Below are positions 1 through 12,544 of a stretch of DNA of 62,000 nucleotides, in pieces. The position numbers were made by a program, and so were the translations under genes. The DNA comes from Octopus vulgaris. Lineage: Eukaryota. How positions within the stretch are numbered: position 1 is the first letter of the stretch; the number at the start of each line of letters is the position of its first letter. A model generated the notes under the pieces. The model saw only the letters and a program-made list of their open reading frames with translations, was not told the origin of the DNA and made no database searches. The stretch covers positions 43,606,001-43,668,000 of the forward strand of contig OX597822.1 in the NCBI GenBank assembly GCA_951406725.2, in the 5' to 3' direction.

Positions 1-350
1 TCGTTCTAATCTCTCCTCACTTACCCGTTACAGTGTGTAAACATCTGAGGAGGTTTGCATAATTGCTACAGTACTTACCAAACATAAAACGTGCTGCCAA
101 ATGCCGCCCTATAATTTTTAAACTAATTTAAATTTATGTCCCCTGTTTGGTGGCTGGATTGACAGATGTAGGGAGAGAGGGCAATAAAGGGATAGCTGGA
201 TAATAACCATAGTATCAGTTTGTCAGGCTTGAGTATGAAGCTAGAAAGTGTAATGTCGGTTGTTTTAAAAAGAGGACCTTAGGTAGGCGGTTCCTGTGGA
301 CTCCACATCAACTATCCACGATCCTTGACGGGAATAGTGGGCGGTGAAAA

Positions 351-1578
351 TATTGGTTCATCCCATAAATAATGCAGTTTTCTCAACTGCATAAACTAAA
401 AGTTGGAGAGGGACTGGATAAACTACCTGCATCAAGTTGCTATAACAGCAGGCAGTAATTTAACCTTGTGCTTATTCTTAGTGCAAGTTTTGAAGAGTGC
501 AATTTGATCTTAACAGTGGGTTTTTCAAAGCTATAATGGTGGTGACAAAGGAACATATTCGGGAAATTATACTTTGAGTTCAATAAAGACAACAACGCAT
601 CGGAAAGTGCGAGGAATATTAATGCAGTATATGGGGATCGGACAATAAGCGTAAGCCAGTGTCAATGGTGGTTCCAGAAATTCTGAGACGGAAACTACAG
701 TCTAGAAGATGAGCCTCGCGCTGGAAGATCTTTAGAGCTCGACGAGGACGTCCTGAAAACCCTGGGGGATAAAACCCCATCGTAACTTTTGAGGAACTAG
801 CAGAGAACCTTCTATTTAGTCATTCAACTATTCATCAACAACTGCGTGCCATCGGAAAAGTTAGAAAATTGGGTCAATGGGTTCCTCAGAAAGTTTTCGA
901 ATCTGAAAGTAAATGTGTTCTCTTCTTTGCTGTCACGTCTCAGGAATGAAACTAGTTTGGGGACCGAATAGTGACTGGTGACGAGAAACGGGCTCTCTAT
1001 AAAAATGTCAAGAGGCGAAGATAGTGGGTAGGGAAAGGATGAACACCGGCATTCCAGGCTAAGGAACGTCTTCACTCACATAAGGTGTTCTTATCTGTTT
1101 GGTAGGACATGAAAGGTTTAGTCCTCTTAGAACTTTTAAAATCAAACCAAACGATAACAAAGGAGATCTACTACGAGCAGCTTAAGCGGCTTAATCGTTA
1201 GAAGAAAAACGACCATCTTTGGTTTCAAGACGAAAGATGATATTCGAAAGGCTGGACCAGTTTGAATGGGAAACAATGCCCCACCCGCCATTTTCGCTGG
1301 ACATTGCCCCTTCTGATTATCATTTATTCTGCAGTCCTCGAATCATTTGGAAGGAGAAAATATGAATTCTGCAGACGAGGTCAGAGGTGTATTTTTATTG
1401 ATGGACAAGTGAATTTTAGAAGAGGGTCCTTGCAAGTCAACCAGATAGATAGAAGAGAATTGTAGAAAATGAAGGAGAGTAGAAAAGAATTTTGGATTAG
1501 AAAAGAATTTTGTTTATGTTAATTTTGAAAAGGTAAAAGAAGTATAAAAATCTGCATTATTTATGGGATGACCTACAA
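351..1578 (+). mobile_element. Mariner (DD34D) transposon, full-length but decayed, copy 1
   Basis: TIRs tattggttcatcccataaataatgcagtttt (351) and ctgcattatttatgggatgaccta (~1552-1575). Broken frames give mariner motifs: DRIVTGDEK, WVP, KVFLSVW-DMKG and (PD)IAPSDYHL. Frameshifts and stops throughout. Confidence 0.92.
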
Positions 1579-1651
1579 ATGTATGGACATGAATTTCGGA
1601 TTTTCTGCCCATGGATTTATTGTCAACTATTTTTAGTATTTAATTTTAGTT

Positions 1652-1782
1652 GGTGAAGGTGCGTGGTTAGGGGTGTTGCAATCACAGATGCCAGATCGTG
1701 AGTTCGTTTCCTGGATGGAATGAGGAGTTGTATTCTTTAGCAAAACACTTCATTTCATCTTCACTGTGAGAGTGGTAAAATT
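1652..1782 (+). mobile_element. Degenerate tRNA-derived SINE head (family D)
   Basis: gtgaagg..gtggttag...gagttcg A/B-box-like head resembling the intact copy at 55111. Confidence 0.5.
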
Positions 1783-1962
1783 ATTGGTGCGTTGACGGAA
1801 ACACTCTACTGTATATTCGGCCCCTTTACATTCTGGATTCAAATCCCATATACATGGAGAAGGCCACGGGAAACCTGCAGTGTTCATCCTAAGTCTGATC
1901 ATCGTAACCGAAGTTCCACTGATCAAATTAACGATTGCAGAGAGGGGCCTGTGCCTTTTCAG

Positions 1963-2058
1963 GTCGGACAGGGATTGCTGGAGATAGTTCACAAGTACAG
2001 GACACAGGACAAGACAATTTCATTTGATGAAATTTTGGCTCCCTTCTTTAAATATTAA
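1963..2058 (+). CDS. Candidate terminal exon of an unidentified gene (VGQGLLEIVHKYRTQDKTISFDEILAPFFKY*)
   Basis: Acceptor gtgccttttcag at 1962, open phase-0 frame to TAA at 2056-2058, AATAAA at 2157-2162. No family recognised. Confidence 0.3.
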   Translation, partial: VGQGLLEIVHKYRTQDKTISFDEILAPFFKY

Positions 2059-2249
2059 CGTCCGTTGATATCTGTTCGTACAACAATTATAAACCATATC
2101 TGGAACATGTTTGCATGTTATTTGTTTCAATTGCTTAATTAATGAAACATTTTCGTAATAAATCTAAATCCTTTCTCAATCGTTGTAAGGTATAAACAAA
2201 TATGATATTAATTACTCTTCGGCGTTTTCAAAAAAGCTAATTAACGTAA

Positions 2250-3074
2250 ACAAAATAATTTCTCATTCATCTCCAAACAAAGAAATCTATTACAGCAATG
2301 GCCTAAGGAATAGTGGATTCTATATTATGACTACCTTCCCACCTAAGTTCCCCCACAATACCAACAAACAAGAATCTTCAAAATTTAATATATCCTTCCC
2401 TCCAAATGTCTAAACCTGTTTAGAAAAGACGTATTTGTGAAACTCATTGACAAAAGAAAAAAGAGAAGCGTTTCCTTACATTACAGACGGCAGAAGTTAT
2501 TCAACAGTAACACAATTGAGAATCAAATCCTTCAGCATTTGCACAACCGATATATAAGTATCTATGCAAAAGATTGTATCAACCTTCTAGGAAAAATTAC
2601 ATTAGGTACATGCGCTGTAACTATAACTATAAAGGGTTACAGTGTGATATATCTCATTAGTAACAGGAATAATGACATCATTCCACAACACTACATAGAC
2701 ATGAGTGAAGGAAATTTTAAACATCGCTACTACAACAACGTTTCTCATTTCCCAAATGCAGAATAGGGGAGCGTCGCAGCTACTTAGAACTATCTATGGA
2801 GATTAGAATAGATGTGATTATTAACACGTTCAGCATCCTTTGTGATAAACTGAACCAAAATAAGGCAAACATTGATAATTCCAAAATTTGTGGCCACGAA
2901 TTACTGGGAATGTTTTATTCTTAATAAGCCCAAGAACTACAAAAAGTTCAAATGTTGGAAGGTTGAAAAACTTCTCCAAGTTAATTATAATCAAATATAC
3001 AAGGAGCCAGGTTAAAAGCATAAAAACTTTGCTGTTGATCTGTATATTCATGGGTTCACGGATGCGGTGAAACA
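2250..3074 (+). mobile_element. Decayed Penelope-like element, RT C-terminus plus GIY-YIG region
   Basis: Peptides YYSNGLRNSGFY, KLIDK, KLFNSNTI and HYIDMSEGNFKHRYYN resemble the PLE RT thumb/linker and the GIY-YIG YIG-x-S/T-EG-x-FK-x-RY motif. Multiple stops. Confidence 0.65.
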
Positions 3075-3094
3075 TTAGCCCGACGTCCTATATT

Positions 3095-3823
3095 CGTTTC
3101 TCTTCAAGGCACGAGGCCCCTTTTTTTTTTGGGGGGGGGGCAGTCGATCAGATCGACTCCAGTACGTAACTTGTACTTAATTCATCGACCCTAGAATGAT
3201 GAAAGGCAAAGTCGACCTCGGCGGAATTTGTACTCAGAACGTAAAGACAGGCGTGCTAACGTTTATTATTTCTTTATTGCCCACAGGGGGCTAAACATAG
3301 AGGGGACAAACAAGGACAAAGAGATTAAGTCGATCATATCGACCCCAGTGCATAACTGGTACTTACTTAATCGAACCTGAAAGGATGAAAGGCAAAGTCG
3401 ACCTCGGCGGAATTTGAACTCAGAGTGTAACGGCAGACGAAATACCTATTTGTTTATTGCCCACAGGGGACTAAACATAGAGGGAACAAACAAGGACAGA
3501 CAAAGGGATTAAGTCGATTACATCGACCCCAGAGCGTAACTGGTACTTGACTTATCGACCCCGAAAGGGCGAAAGGAAAAGTCGACCTCGGCGGAATTTG
3601 AACTCAGAACGTAGCAGTAGACGAAATACCTAAAACACAGAAAGGACAAACGGATTAAGTCAATTATATCGACCCCAGTGCGTAACTGGTACTTAATTTA
3701 TTGACCCCGAAAGGATGAAAGGCAAAGTCGACTTCGGCGGAATTTGAACTCAGAAGGTACCGGCAGACGAAATACCGCTAAGCATTTCGCCCGGCGTGCT
3801 AAGGTTTCTGCCAGCTCGCCACC
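3095..3823 (-). mobile_element. Head-to-tail tetramer of a tRNA-derived SINE (family B) inside one 20-bp TSD
   Basis: Four ~180-bp copies of the core (ctgagttcaaattccgccgaggtcgactttgcctttcatcctttcggggtcgataa...). Flanked by ttagcccgacgtcctatatt (3075-3094) and ttagcctgacgtcctatatt (3824-3843). Confidence 0.9.
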
Positions 3824-4094
3824 TTAGCCTGACGTCCTATATTATTGACATTTCACCTCGCGCATGCTTAGACGCAAATTGTCAACATATCTCTACAGAT
3901 GAAGAACACCTAAATAATAGAATAGAATCGCCATTCAAGAGAAAAACAGGACTGAATCATAATTAATCGTCGCAGAATATGGTGTTTAGTGTGAAACTAA
4001 AAGTCATGGAAAAGTAAAAGGCAATGTCTCTCAACCACCGGTATTGAGTACTTAATATTTTGTTTGTCAACCCACTTAGAATTTTGTGTAATAA

Positions 4095-4943
4095 GGACAG
4101 TGTGTGCTTGTGTGTGTGAGCGTGCGTACGTATGTGTGTATATGTGTGTGCGTACGCGCCTGCGTATGTGTATGTACGTGTGTGCGTGCGTGTATGTATG
4201 CGTGCGTGGGTGTACGTACCTGTGTGTGTGGGTGCGTGCCTGTGGGTGTGTTTGTGTATGTGTGTATGTATGTGTGTACGTATGTGCGTGTGTGTGCGTG
4301 CGTGTGTATCTGTATGTGTGTGTATATGTGCGTGCGCGCGGCGCGCATACGTATGTGCGTGTTTGTGCGCATACATGCGTGTGCATGCCTGTGTATGTGT
4401 GTTTGTGTATGTGTTTATGTGTGTGTATGCGTACGTTTGTGTACGTATGTACGTGTGTGTGTGCGCGTATGCACGTGTGTATGTGTGTATTTGTGTGTAT
4501 CTGTGTGTGCATACGCGCGTGCATGGATGTACGTACATGTGGGCGTGTGTATGCACACTTGTGTGTGCGTGCTAGTGTGTGTTTTGTGCATGTGTGTATG
4601 TGCGTGTCTATGCGTATGTGTGTGTGTACGTATGTGTGTGTGTTTGTGTGCGTACGTACGTGTGCAAGTGAATGTGTGTGTATATGTGTATGCGTACGCG
4701 CGTTCGTGTGTGTACGTACGTGTGTGTATGTGCGTGTGTGTGACCAGTTGTGTGTGCGTACCTGTGTGTGTGTACATATGTACGTGCGTGCGTGCACGTT
4801 TGTGCGTGCGTATGTTTGTTTGCTTAGCTGTGTGTGCGCAGGTGTGTGACTGTGCGTCTGCTCGTGTGCTTATGTGCCAGTGTGTGTGTATGTGTGTGTG
4901 CATGTATGCGTACGCATGTGTGTGTGTCTGTGTGTACCTATGT

Positions 4944-4978
<35 letters not shown>

Positions 4979-5076
4979 CGTATGTTTGTTTGCACACTCG
5001 TGTGTGCGCACCTTTGTGTGCGTGATCCTGTGTGTCTGTGCTCGTGTGATTATGTGCCAGTCTGTGTGTGTGTGTG

Positions 5077-5140
<64 letters not shown>
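4095..5140. repeat. Long degenerate (GT)n-derived microsatellite
   Basis: About 1 kb of GT/GC/AT dinucleotide mosaic ending in pure (GT)n; source of the many VC/TH-rich ORFs. Confidence 0.97.
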
Positions 5141-5142
<2 letters not shown>

Positions 5143-5284
5143 TGTAACGAAGTCGACAGCAACAGTACAAAACAAACACGATGACGTCATGTTAGAAAAA
5201 TAAAACTTATACGACGTACCGAAGCCACGTCATTCCAGCATGTTGAACTCTTGCTATGAAATATAGCATACAGACAGATAACAA

Positions 5285-5335
5285 TGATAGTAGTAATAGT
5301 AGCAGCAGCAGCAATAGTAGTAGTAGTGGTAGTAA

Positions 5336-5376
<41 letters not shown>

Positions 5377-5990
5377 AGTGTAGTAGGTGTAGTAGTAGTA
5401 GTAGTAGTAAGTGTAGTAGTAGTAGTAGTAGTAGTAGTAGTAATGCCACCATTTACCACTACTACCGCCAATGCTAACACACCACTACTTGTAGCTTCTC
5501 CACCGTTACCGACACCATCTCTACCACCACCGCTGCCATTAACACAAGCCCCTTCTCCTTCACTACCGTTGCACGTATCTACACCACCAGCGCCATCAAC
5601 GATATCAATATCTTTACCTAATCACCACCACCACCACACCACCACCACCACCACCACCACCACCACCACCACTAACACCACCACAACCACCACCACCACT
5701 AACACCACCACCACCACTAAAATCACCAGCACCAGCACCAGTAACAGCATCACACCACCACCAAAACCCGCACCAGCACCACCACCACCAGCACCAAAAA
5801 AACCACCTCCACCGTCGCCACCAACACCACCACCAAAACCATCACCACCATCAGCACCACCATCAGCACCATCACTACAATCACCGCCAAAAACCACCAC
5901 CACCACTCGCACCAGTGCACCACCACCACCCACCCCCACCACCACCACCACAACCACCGCCACCACCACCACAACCATCACCAGCTTTCA
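5285..5990. repeat. (AGT)n followed by (ACC)n trinucleotide low-complexity tracts
   Basis: Direct reading of the sequence; gives poly-S/T/V/P ORFs. Confidence 0.95.
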
Positions 5991-6098
5991 CTAACTACGT
6001 TCTACCTTATCCTGATCTCTAACCTATTTCCTTTAACTCCACCACCGACTCTCCCTTTCGCTCCCTCACTCCACTCCGACCAGTCTATAAATACAACG

Positions 6099-6143
<45 letters not shown>

Positions 6144-6224
6144 ACACACGCCCCTTCAGTCTGAGGTTTTCACACATATTTGCCCACGTTATTACGGTCG
6201 AGATGTCGGTTTGATGAAGTCTGG

Positions 6225-7700
6225 TGTAAGGTTTACTGGTACATCAAGATGTTGCTAGAGTCGTTCTTGTAGTTTAGGCGCTAGTAGTGGTAGTGGTGAC
6301 GGTGGAAGTACAACAAGACGTTAGTGTGCTCTTATGGATGCGCAATGGACCAGTGGTTAGCGCAGCGGACTCGATCACAGTTTCGATTCTCAGACCGAGC
6401 GTTGTGAGATTTTATTGAGCAAAAACACCTGAAGCTCCACGAGGCTCCGGTAGGGGTTGATGGCGAACCCTACTGTTCTCTTTCCCCACAACTTTCTCTT
6501 ACTCTCTCTTCTTGTTTCTGTTGTACTTCTATTTCAAAGGGTTGTCATACTCTGTATCACGCTGAATCGCCCCGAGAACTACGTTAAGGGTACACGTGTC
6601 TGAGGAGTGCTCAGCCACTTGCACATTATTTTCATGAGCAGGCTGTTTTATTGATCAGATCAACTGGAACCCTCGTCGTCGTAACCGACGGAATGCCACA
6701 GTGTGCTTGCTATAGTTGTGGCGATGACAGCAGCGGTAAATGAAGATGTTGGTTTAGTTATTGTTGTAGTTTTTGGCTGTAGTACAGTTAGAGGTGATTT
6801 TAGTGGCAGACCAAGACATTGGCGTTAAGGTTGTAGTAGCGGTGAGCCACATCAAGATGTTACTATAGGTCTTCCTGTAGTTTAGGCACTAGTAGAGGTA
6901 GTGACTATGGTAGTGGTACGAGACGTTACAGTTAAGGTTGTAGTTATAGTGGTATATCAACCAAGATGCTGGTATAATTATTGTTGTAGTTTTGGCGGTA
7001 GTACTGGTAGTGGTGATTGTAGTGGTAGAACAAGTCGTTACTGATAAGGCTGTAGTAGTGGTGACGATAGTAGATGTACATCAAGAGGTTACTATAGATC
7101 TTCCTGTAGTATAGGCACTAGTAGAGGTAGTGGTAGTGGTAGTGATACAACAAGACGTTACTGCTAAGGTTGTAGTAGTAGGGGTACATCAATCAGGTTG
7201 TCGGTATACTTATTGTGCTAGTTTTGGTAGTGGTGATAGTAGAACATCACGATGTTAGTATTGTAGTTGTAGCAGTTCCGGTGATAGTGAGTTTGGTCAT
7301 AATATTGGTACAAGAGGATAGTATTATGGTTGTTGTGGCGTTGGCGATAGTACAGTTAGTGGTACGTCAAGACCTTGGTGTAGTTGCCGTTGTAGTGCTG
7401 GTGACAGTGGTACACCAAAATGTTAGTGTTTTCATCGTAACGTTGGTAGTACAATCATCAAGAACATAGTGTATTGGCTGTGGTGCTTGTAGTGGTGATA
7501 AAAGCATGTAGACGTTGTAGTTTTGGTAGTAGTGATAATGGTACAAACATCAAGGTGCTATTGAAGACTTTGTAGTCTCAAATGTGGTATAAGATATCAT
7601 GTTATTGTTGTAGTTGCCGTTGCAGTTGTTGTGTGGTGGGCGACACAAAAATGGAAGTGTCGGTGTTGTGGTAGTGGTCATAGTTGGACGCTTGTATTTC
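6225..7700. repeat. Complex GTA/GGT-rich minisatellite with recurrent caagacgtta/caagatgtta motif, interrupted by a SINE
   Basis: Motif recurs every ~40-70 bp with a looser ~220-235 bp higher-order period (e.g. ~6853 and ~7082). Confidence 0.75.
6336..6700 (+). mobile_element. tRNA-derived SINE, family C head with family D-type tail
   Basis: Head gcgcaatggaccagtggttagcgcagcggactcg matches 25601 and 51396. Tail aactacgttaagggtacacgtgtc...gtaaccgacgga matches 42590-42680 and the reverse complement of 57960-58080. agtgtgct occurs on both flanks. Confidence 0.85.
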
Positions 7701-7729
7701 TGTCATTGTCCCACGTCACTAAATTGTTT

Positions 7730-7742
7730 TGACGACGACGAC

Positions 7743-7773
<31 letters not shown>

Positions 7774-7931
7774 GTGGTGATGGTGATGACGACGATGATG
7801 ATGATGATGGTTGTTATGGTGATGATGAGGATGAGAATGATGACAACGATGATGACGATGATGATGACGATGATGATGATGATGATGATGACGATGATGA
7901 TGATGACGATGATGATGATGATGACGACGAC

Positions 7932-7975
<44 letters not shown>

Positions 7976-8223
7976 CGATGATGATGATGATGAGGAGGAG
8001 GACGATGATGACGATTTTGATAGTGATGAGAACGATGATGCTGGTGATGAGGATGACGACGATGATGACAATGGTTATGAGGATAATGATTACGACGATG
8101 GTGATGACGATAATGATAATGATGATGATGATGATAATGATGTCAATAATAATGGTGTCTAAGTGGACGATTGTGATGGTAGTGATTGATGATTGTGATG
8201 ATGGTGATGACGACGACGACGGC

Positions 8224-8261
<38 letters not shown>

Positions 8262-8283
8262 CGATGATGACGATGAGGATTGA
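7730..8283. repeat. (GAT/GAC)n microsatellite
   Basis: Direct reading; poly-D/M/S ORFs are artefacts of the repeat. Confidence 0.97.
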
Positions 8284-8684
8284 TAAGGTCAATAACGAAA
8301 TCTTCTCAGAGAACGCAACTGTACAACGTGTGTAACACTCACCTTCGTAGAGAGTGAGTGGGAGACGGTTCTAGGGAACTCTATTTAAACACCAGATCAC
8401 ATATGACTTCACATGGCCAGTACTTCTGCGGAATAGACTCTCTTAACAAAACATCGCTTATTTTTCCCCAGATGGACGACTCCAGCTTCAGCGTGGAGAA
8501 AATAAATATCAACATTCATGATAACGAAGAATTAAGCCATCGCTATTGAAAGGAATGGCCAAAGATGACATATTCCATCTATGATGTGGATTTCCTGGAA
8601 CAATAGATTATATTTTATCACGATAAGCTAAACTAAATCTGACAGAATATTCTTGGGGATGCAATGAAAGTAGCCAAACTGATC

Positions 8685-9200
8685 TACGAGGGTGAGTCAA
8701 AAAGTAATGCCATTTTGTTTAGGACAGGTATAATTACCACCACTGGAACATGTATCATACATCAAAATAAAGCTGGTCATCTGTGGATCACTTCTCTACT
8801 TCTCAACATAGTCCCCGTTTCTCTCAATAGCAATGTTCTACCTTCGAATTAGAGCATGTATCCCTGCCCCGTAAAATTCTGTTGACTGTTCTTTGATCCA
8901 CTTCTTCACTACAGTTTTCACTTCCTCGTCACTGGAATAATGTTCACCTCTCAAACCCTCTTTCATGGGACTCAAGAGATGATAGTCTGAAGGCGCTAAA
9001 TCTGGTGAGTATGGACGATGCGGTAATGTTGTCCACCCGAATGTTGTCTCCCTTGTCCTGATGCTTGTGTGTGGTCGAGCATTGTCACTGTCAATTGGCA
9101 AGTTGGGTCTTACTCGTCGGATTCTTGCTCTGAGCCTCGTCAGGGTCTCAATGTAGGCCTCAGACTTTATTGTTTTCCCTTTTGGCAAAAAAAAACTGAA
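8685..9200 (-). mobile_element. Mariner 3' fragment, second family
   Basis: Translation ...DNARPHTS...WTTLPHRPYSPDLAPSDYHLLSPMKEGLRGEHYSSDEEVK. Putative terminus tacgagggtgagtcaaaaagtaatgcc at 8685. Truncated at a (TA)n tract. Confidence 0.9.
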
Positions 9201-9220
9201 AGAGGACAGTCGTATATATC

Positions 9221-9293
<73 letters not shown>

Positions 9294-9294
9294 T

Positions 9295-9545
9295 GTGTGT
9301 GTGTGTATATGTTTGTGTGTCTGTGTTTGTCCGAAGCCCCCAACATCGCTTGACAACTGACGCTGATGTGTTTATGTCCCCGTAACTTAGCGGTTCGGCA
9401 ACCAAAAAGCCCGATAGAATAAGTACTAGGCTTTACAAAGAATAAGTCCTAGTGTCGATTTGCTCGACTAAACTGACGCGGTGCGGTTCGGCAGCCTGGT
9501 CACAGTCAAATGACTGAACGTAGTGAAAAGTAAAAGTAAAAGAGT
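9295..9545 (+). mobile_element. SINE family A, 3' half
   Basis: Tail gcttgacaac..cccgtaacttagcggttcggc...gatttgctcgactaa...cagtcaaatgactgaa shared with many copies in the window. Confidence 0.8.
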
Positions 9546-9830
9546 CTAAAAGCCTGAAAAGTAAGAAAAAAATATTTCAGAACGTAAATGATATAATCAT
9601 TCATAAAGGGGAAAATTTTCAGTTATTTTTATCAAAAACTTTACATGAAATAAAGAAAATTGTATTACTTTTTGACGCACTCTCGTACATGCATTCTTGA
9701 CATCAAATTTCACTATATTCAGATAAACTAGTGGTTCTTAATTGGGGTCCATTTGGCCCTTGTCAGGGGTCTGTGTAAGATTTTGCTGTTAAAATTTATC
9801 TGCAATAAATTGGTTTGTACTTCTACAATA

Positions 9831-10270
9831 CAGAGTGCGGCAGAAGTAGCACCTATTTTATTTAGTAACTTTTATAGTACAAAATTTTTTCATTTAGTAA
9901 TTTTTATCTTATGCAAAAATTTATTGCACTAGTTAATGAAATGAAAAAAAAAAAACAATGAATGAATACATATTACAGCAGTTTTAAGAAATTTATTAAA
10001 TATTGCTCCATCAGAATAACATAATTCATTATGATATAAAATTTAATTAACATGACCAAAACGCTCCCCTTCGTTTTCTGAACACTGCTGAACACTACAA
10101 GCAATATTTTTACAAACCTTTTTATACATTTCCACGTTAATTGCAGAAAACTTACCAGAAATTTCTTGGTTTAATTCATGAATTCAAGATCATTCAATAC
10201 ACCCACAAGAAAACGTCAGGTGATCGTGATGACCACTCAATTACTCCATGTTGTCCTAGGCGTAACAGTG
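9831..10270 (-). mobile_element. Tc1/mariner-superfamily transposase 3' relic with one terminus
   Basis: Minus strand gives EWSSRSPDVFLWVY (cf. WPPRSPDL..LDFFLWG) and ISAINVEMYKKVCKNIACSVQQCSENEGERFGHVN* (cf. the C-terminal C...GGHFEH motif). Terminus ta|cagagtgcggcagaag at 9829-9831. Confidence 0.65.
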
Positions 10271-10284
10271 TCTATGTGGTAAGT

Positions 10285-10366
10285 AGCATGCTTGCGAACT
10301 ACATGGCTCCGGGTTCAGTACCAATGCGTGGCACGATGGGCAAGTGTCTTCTACTATAGCCTCTTC

Positions 10367-10405
<39 letters not shown>

Positions 10406-10483
10406 TATGTATATAGATATCGTATGTTCGTATATAGTATATATATATATATATATATATACATACATATATATATATGTATA

Positions 10484-10551
<68 letters not shown>

Positions 10552-10760
10552 TATACATTCATGTGTGTGCGCGCGCGTGATTGAATATGCGTGTGTGAGT
10601 ATGTATGTATTTATCTATCTATCTATACGCACGTGTGTGTCTGTGGTCTTTATCACTGTCCTTGTATTTGTTACCGCCATCCTCACCGTTTGACAATCGA
10701 TGCGATTTTGTTTAATTCTTCGTAAACTAGGAATTCGGCAAAAAAGAAAAGCAGAAGAAA
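10285..10760 (+). mobile_element. SINE family A with internal (TA)n expansion
   Basis: gtggtaagtagc..ggttcagt.cc..tgcgtggcac..gggcaagtgtcttctactatagcc, then microsatellite, then degenerate tail. Confidence 0.75.
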
Positions 10761-11214
10761 TATCAGTACTAAGTTAGATTTGTTTCATTAAGCTTTTTAT
10801 AGCAGTGCTCCTAGCATGTTTACAGTCCAATAACCAAAATAAATGACGGATAAAAGACAATACAAAAAAACAACAACAACAACAACAACAACGGTGTGTC
10901 GCAACGAGTAAAACATTGGGGAAATCACACCGACCAAACTGCTCAATTGAATACAATCTGGCTGTCACAGAATGGACCACTCATCCTATTGATAACTTAA
11001 GACATATAAAAATGTCTAGAAAGCCACTGATAAATTACCTCTGAGGATAGCCAGAGGTACATTCGAGAAAATAACAATTGTAGGATATGTGAATATTCTA
11101 GGGCTTTTTCAAGCAGTATTTATTCACGTTTAGCGTTTGTATGTGCGGTTTTCTTGATGAACAGATTTTAGTTTTTAAGAATTGGGACTTTTGGTATAAT
11201 GCCCAAAACTTTCA

Positions 11215-11272
<58 letters not shown>

Positions 11273-11369
11273 TAAAATATATCTCTCGTTCACGTCTTTA
11301 CAAACACACATAAACATACGCGCCTGTACATGCGCCAAATATTCTGTCTCTATTTCCTCAACTATTTAC

Positions 11370-11826
11370 ATACATATAGGTACACACACACACACACGCG
11401 CGCGCGCGCACACATACTTACACACACATGCACAAGCACACACACACGCACACACAAGTCTCACACATTCACACAAATACATACTCAACAACATTCTCAC
11501 ATAACTACACAAAATCTCCCATTCACGCACATGTACATACATAACCACACAGATCGACACACACACACACACACACATACAAACACACATGTACATGCCT
11601 TACCCTAAAATGTTTACGTGTTTTTCTATATTTTTTCAATTATTTCCACACAGACACACACATACACACAAACAGAGACAGACGCAGAGACTATCACAAA
11701 CATTAACACACACACTCAAACACACATATACACAGAGAGAGACGCAGAAACTATCACACACATTCACACACTCACAAACACACACATACACACACAGACA
11801 GACGCAGGGACTATCGCACACATTTG

Positions 11827-11862
<36 letters not shown>

Positions 11863-12030
11863 TACACACACAGACAGACGTAGAAACTATCACACATATT
11901 CACACACACACATATAAGCACACATATACACAGAGACAGACGCAGAGACTATCATTCACACGCACACACACAAACACACACACACGTACATACACGCACG
12001 CACGCACACACACATACGTACACATCTTCA
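11370..12030. repeat. (CA)n-rich degenerate satellite with a repeated acagacgcagagactatcac subunit
   Basis: Subunit seen about six times between 11670 and 11955. Confidence 0.85.
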
Positions 12031-12544
12031 TCACTCACTCTTTTATCCCGAATTAACTTTCGCTATATTTCAACTTCCTCCATTCCTTCACTTCCACAGC
12101 TAATACAAGCCGCCATATTGTATCTATTCCTTGTACAGAGTAACTCTTTCTCTTGTAATTTCTTCTAACCTGTTTTTTTCTTCTCTCACTGTGACAGGCG
12201 ATAATTCATCATGTCGATAATATCTATAATCTATATCTTCTTCAACTGGGTATTCACAAACAATCATAAGTGAACATCTGGTAGAGATAGTCTGCCATTG
12301 TTTAATCTCTAACCAGGCCTTTATGACTATTCTCGTTTTAGTGCGCATATATGAGAGTGCAGAACTGGATCTTTAAAATGCCTCTAGGCTCGGGCGTGGC
12401 TGTTTGGGAAGAAGAAGATCGATTCCTAATCGTATGGTTTGGGATTCAGTGCCACTACATAGCACCTTGGACAAGTGTATTCTACTAGAACCGAGCCTTG
12501 TGAGTGGATTTGGTAGACGGAAATTGAAAGAAGCCCATCGGGTG

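Noticed and set aside
6720-7700. Recurrent in-frame TGA as selenocysteine codons
   Set aside because: Frameshifts break the frame, and no SECIS-like element or start context was identified.
3963-8283. Long ORFs of 100-350 aa rich in HT, VC, poly-D, poly-T or poly-P
   Set aside because: Translations of di- and trinucleotide microsatellites; open in many frames on both strands, no splice or domain evidence.
8337-8349. actcaccttcgta resembling the reverse complement of the mariner terminus at 8685, and a GTGAGT donor on the minus strand
   Set aside because: Only 13 bp, wrong orientation to pair with 8685, and no open exon frame links it to an upstream acceptor.
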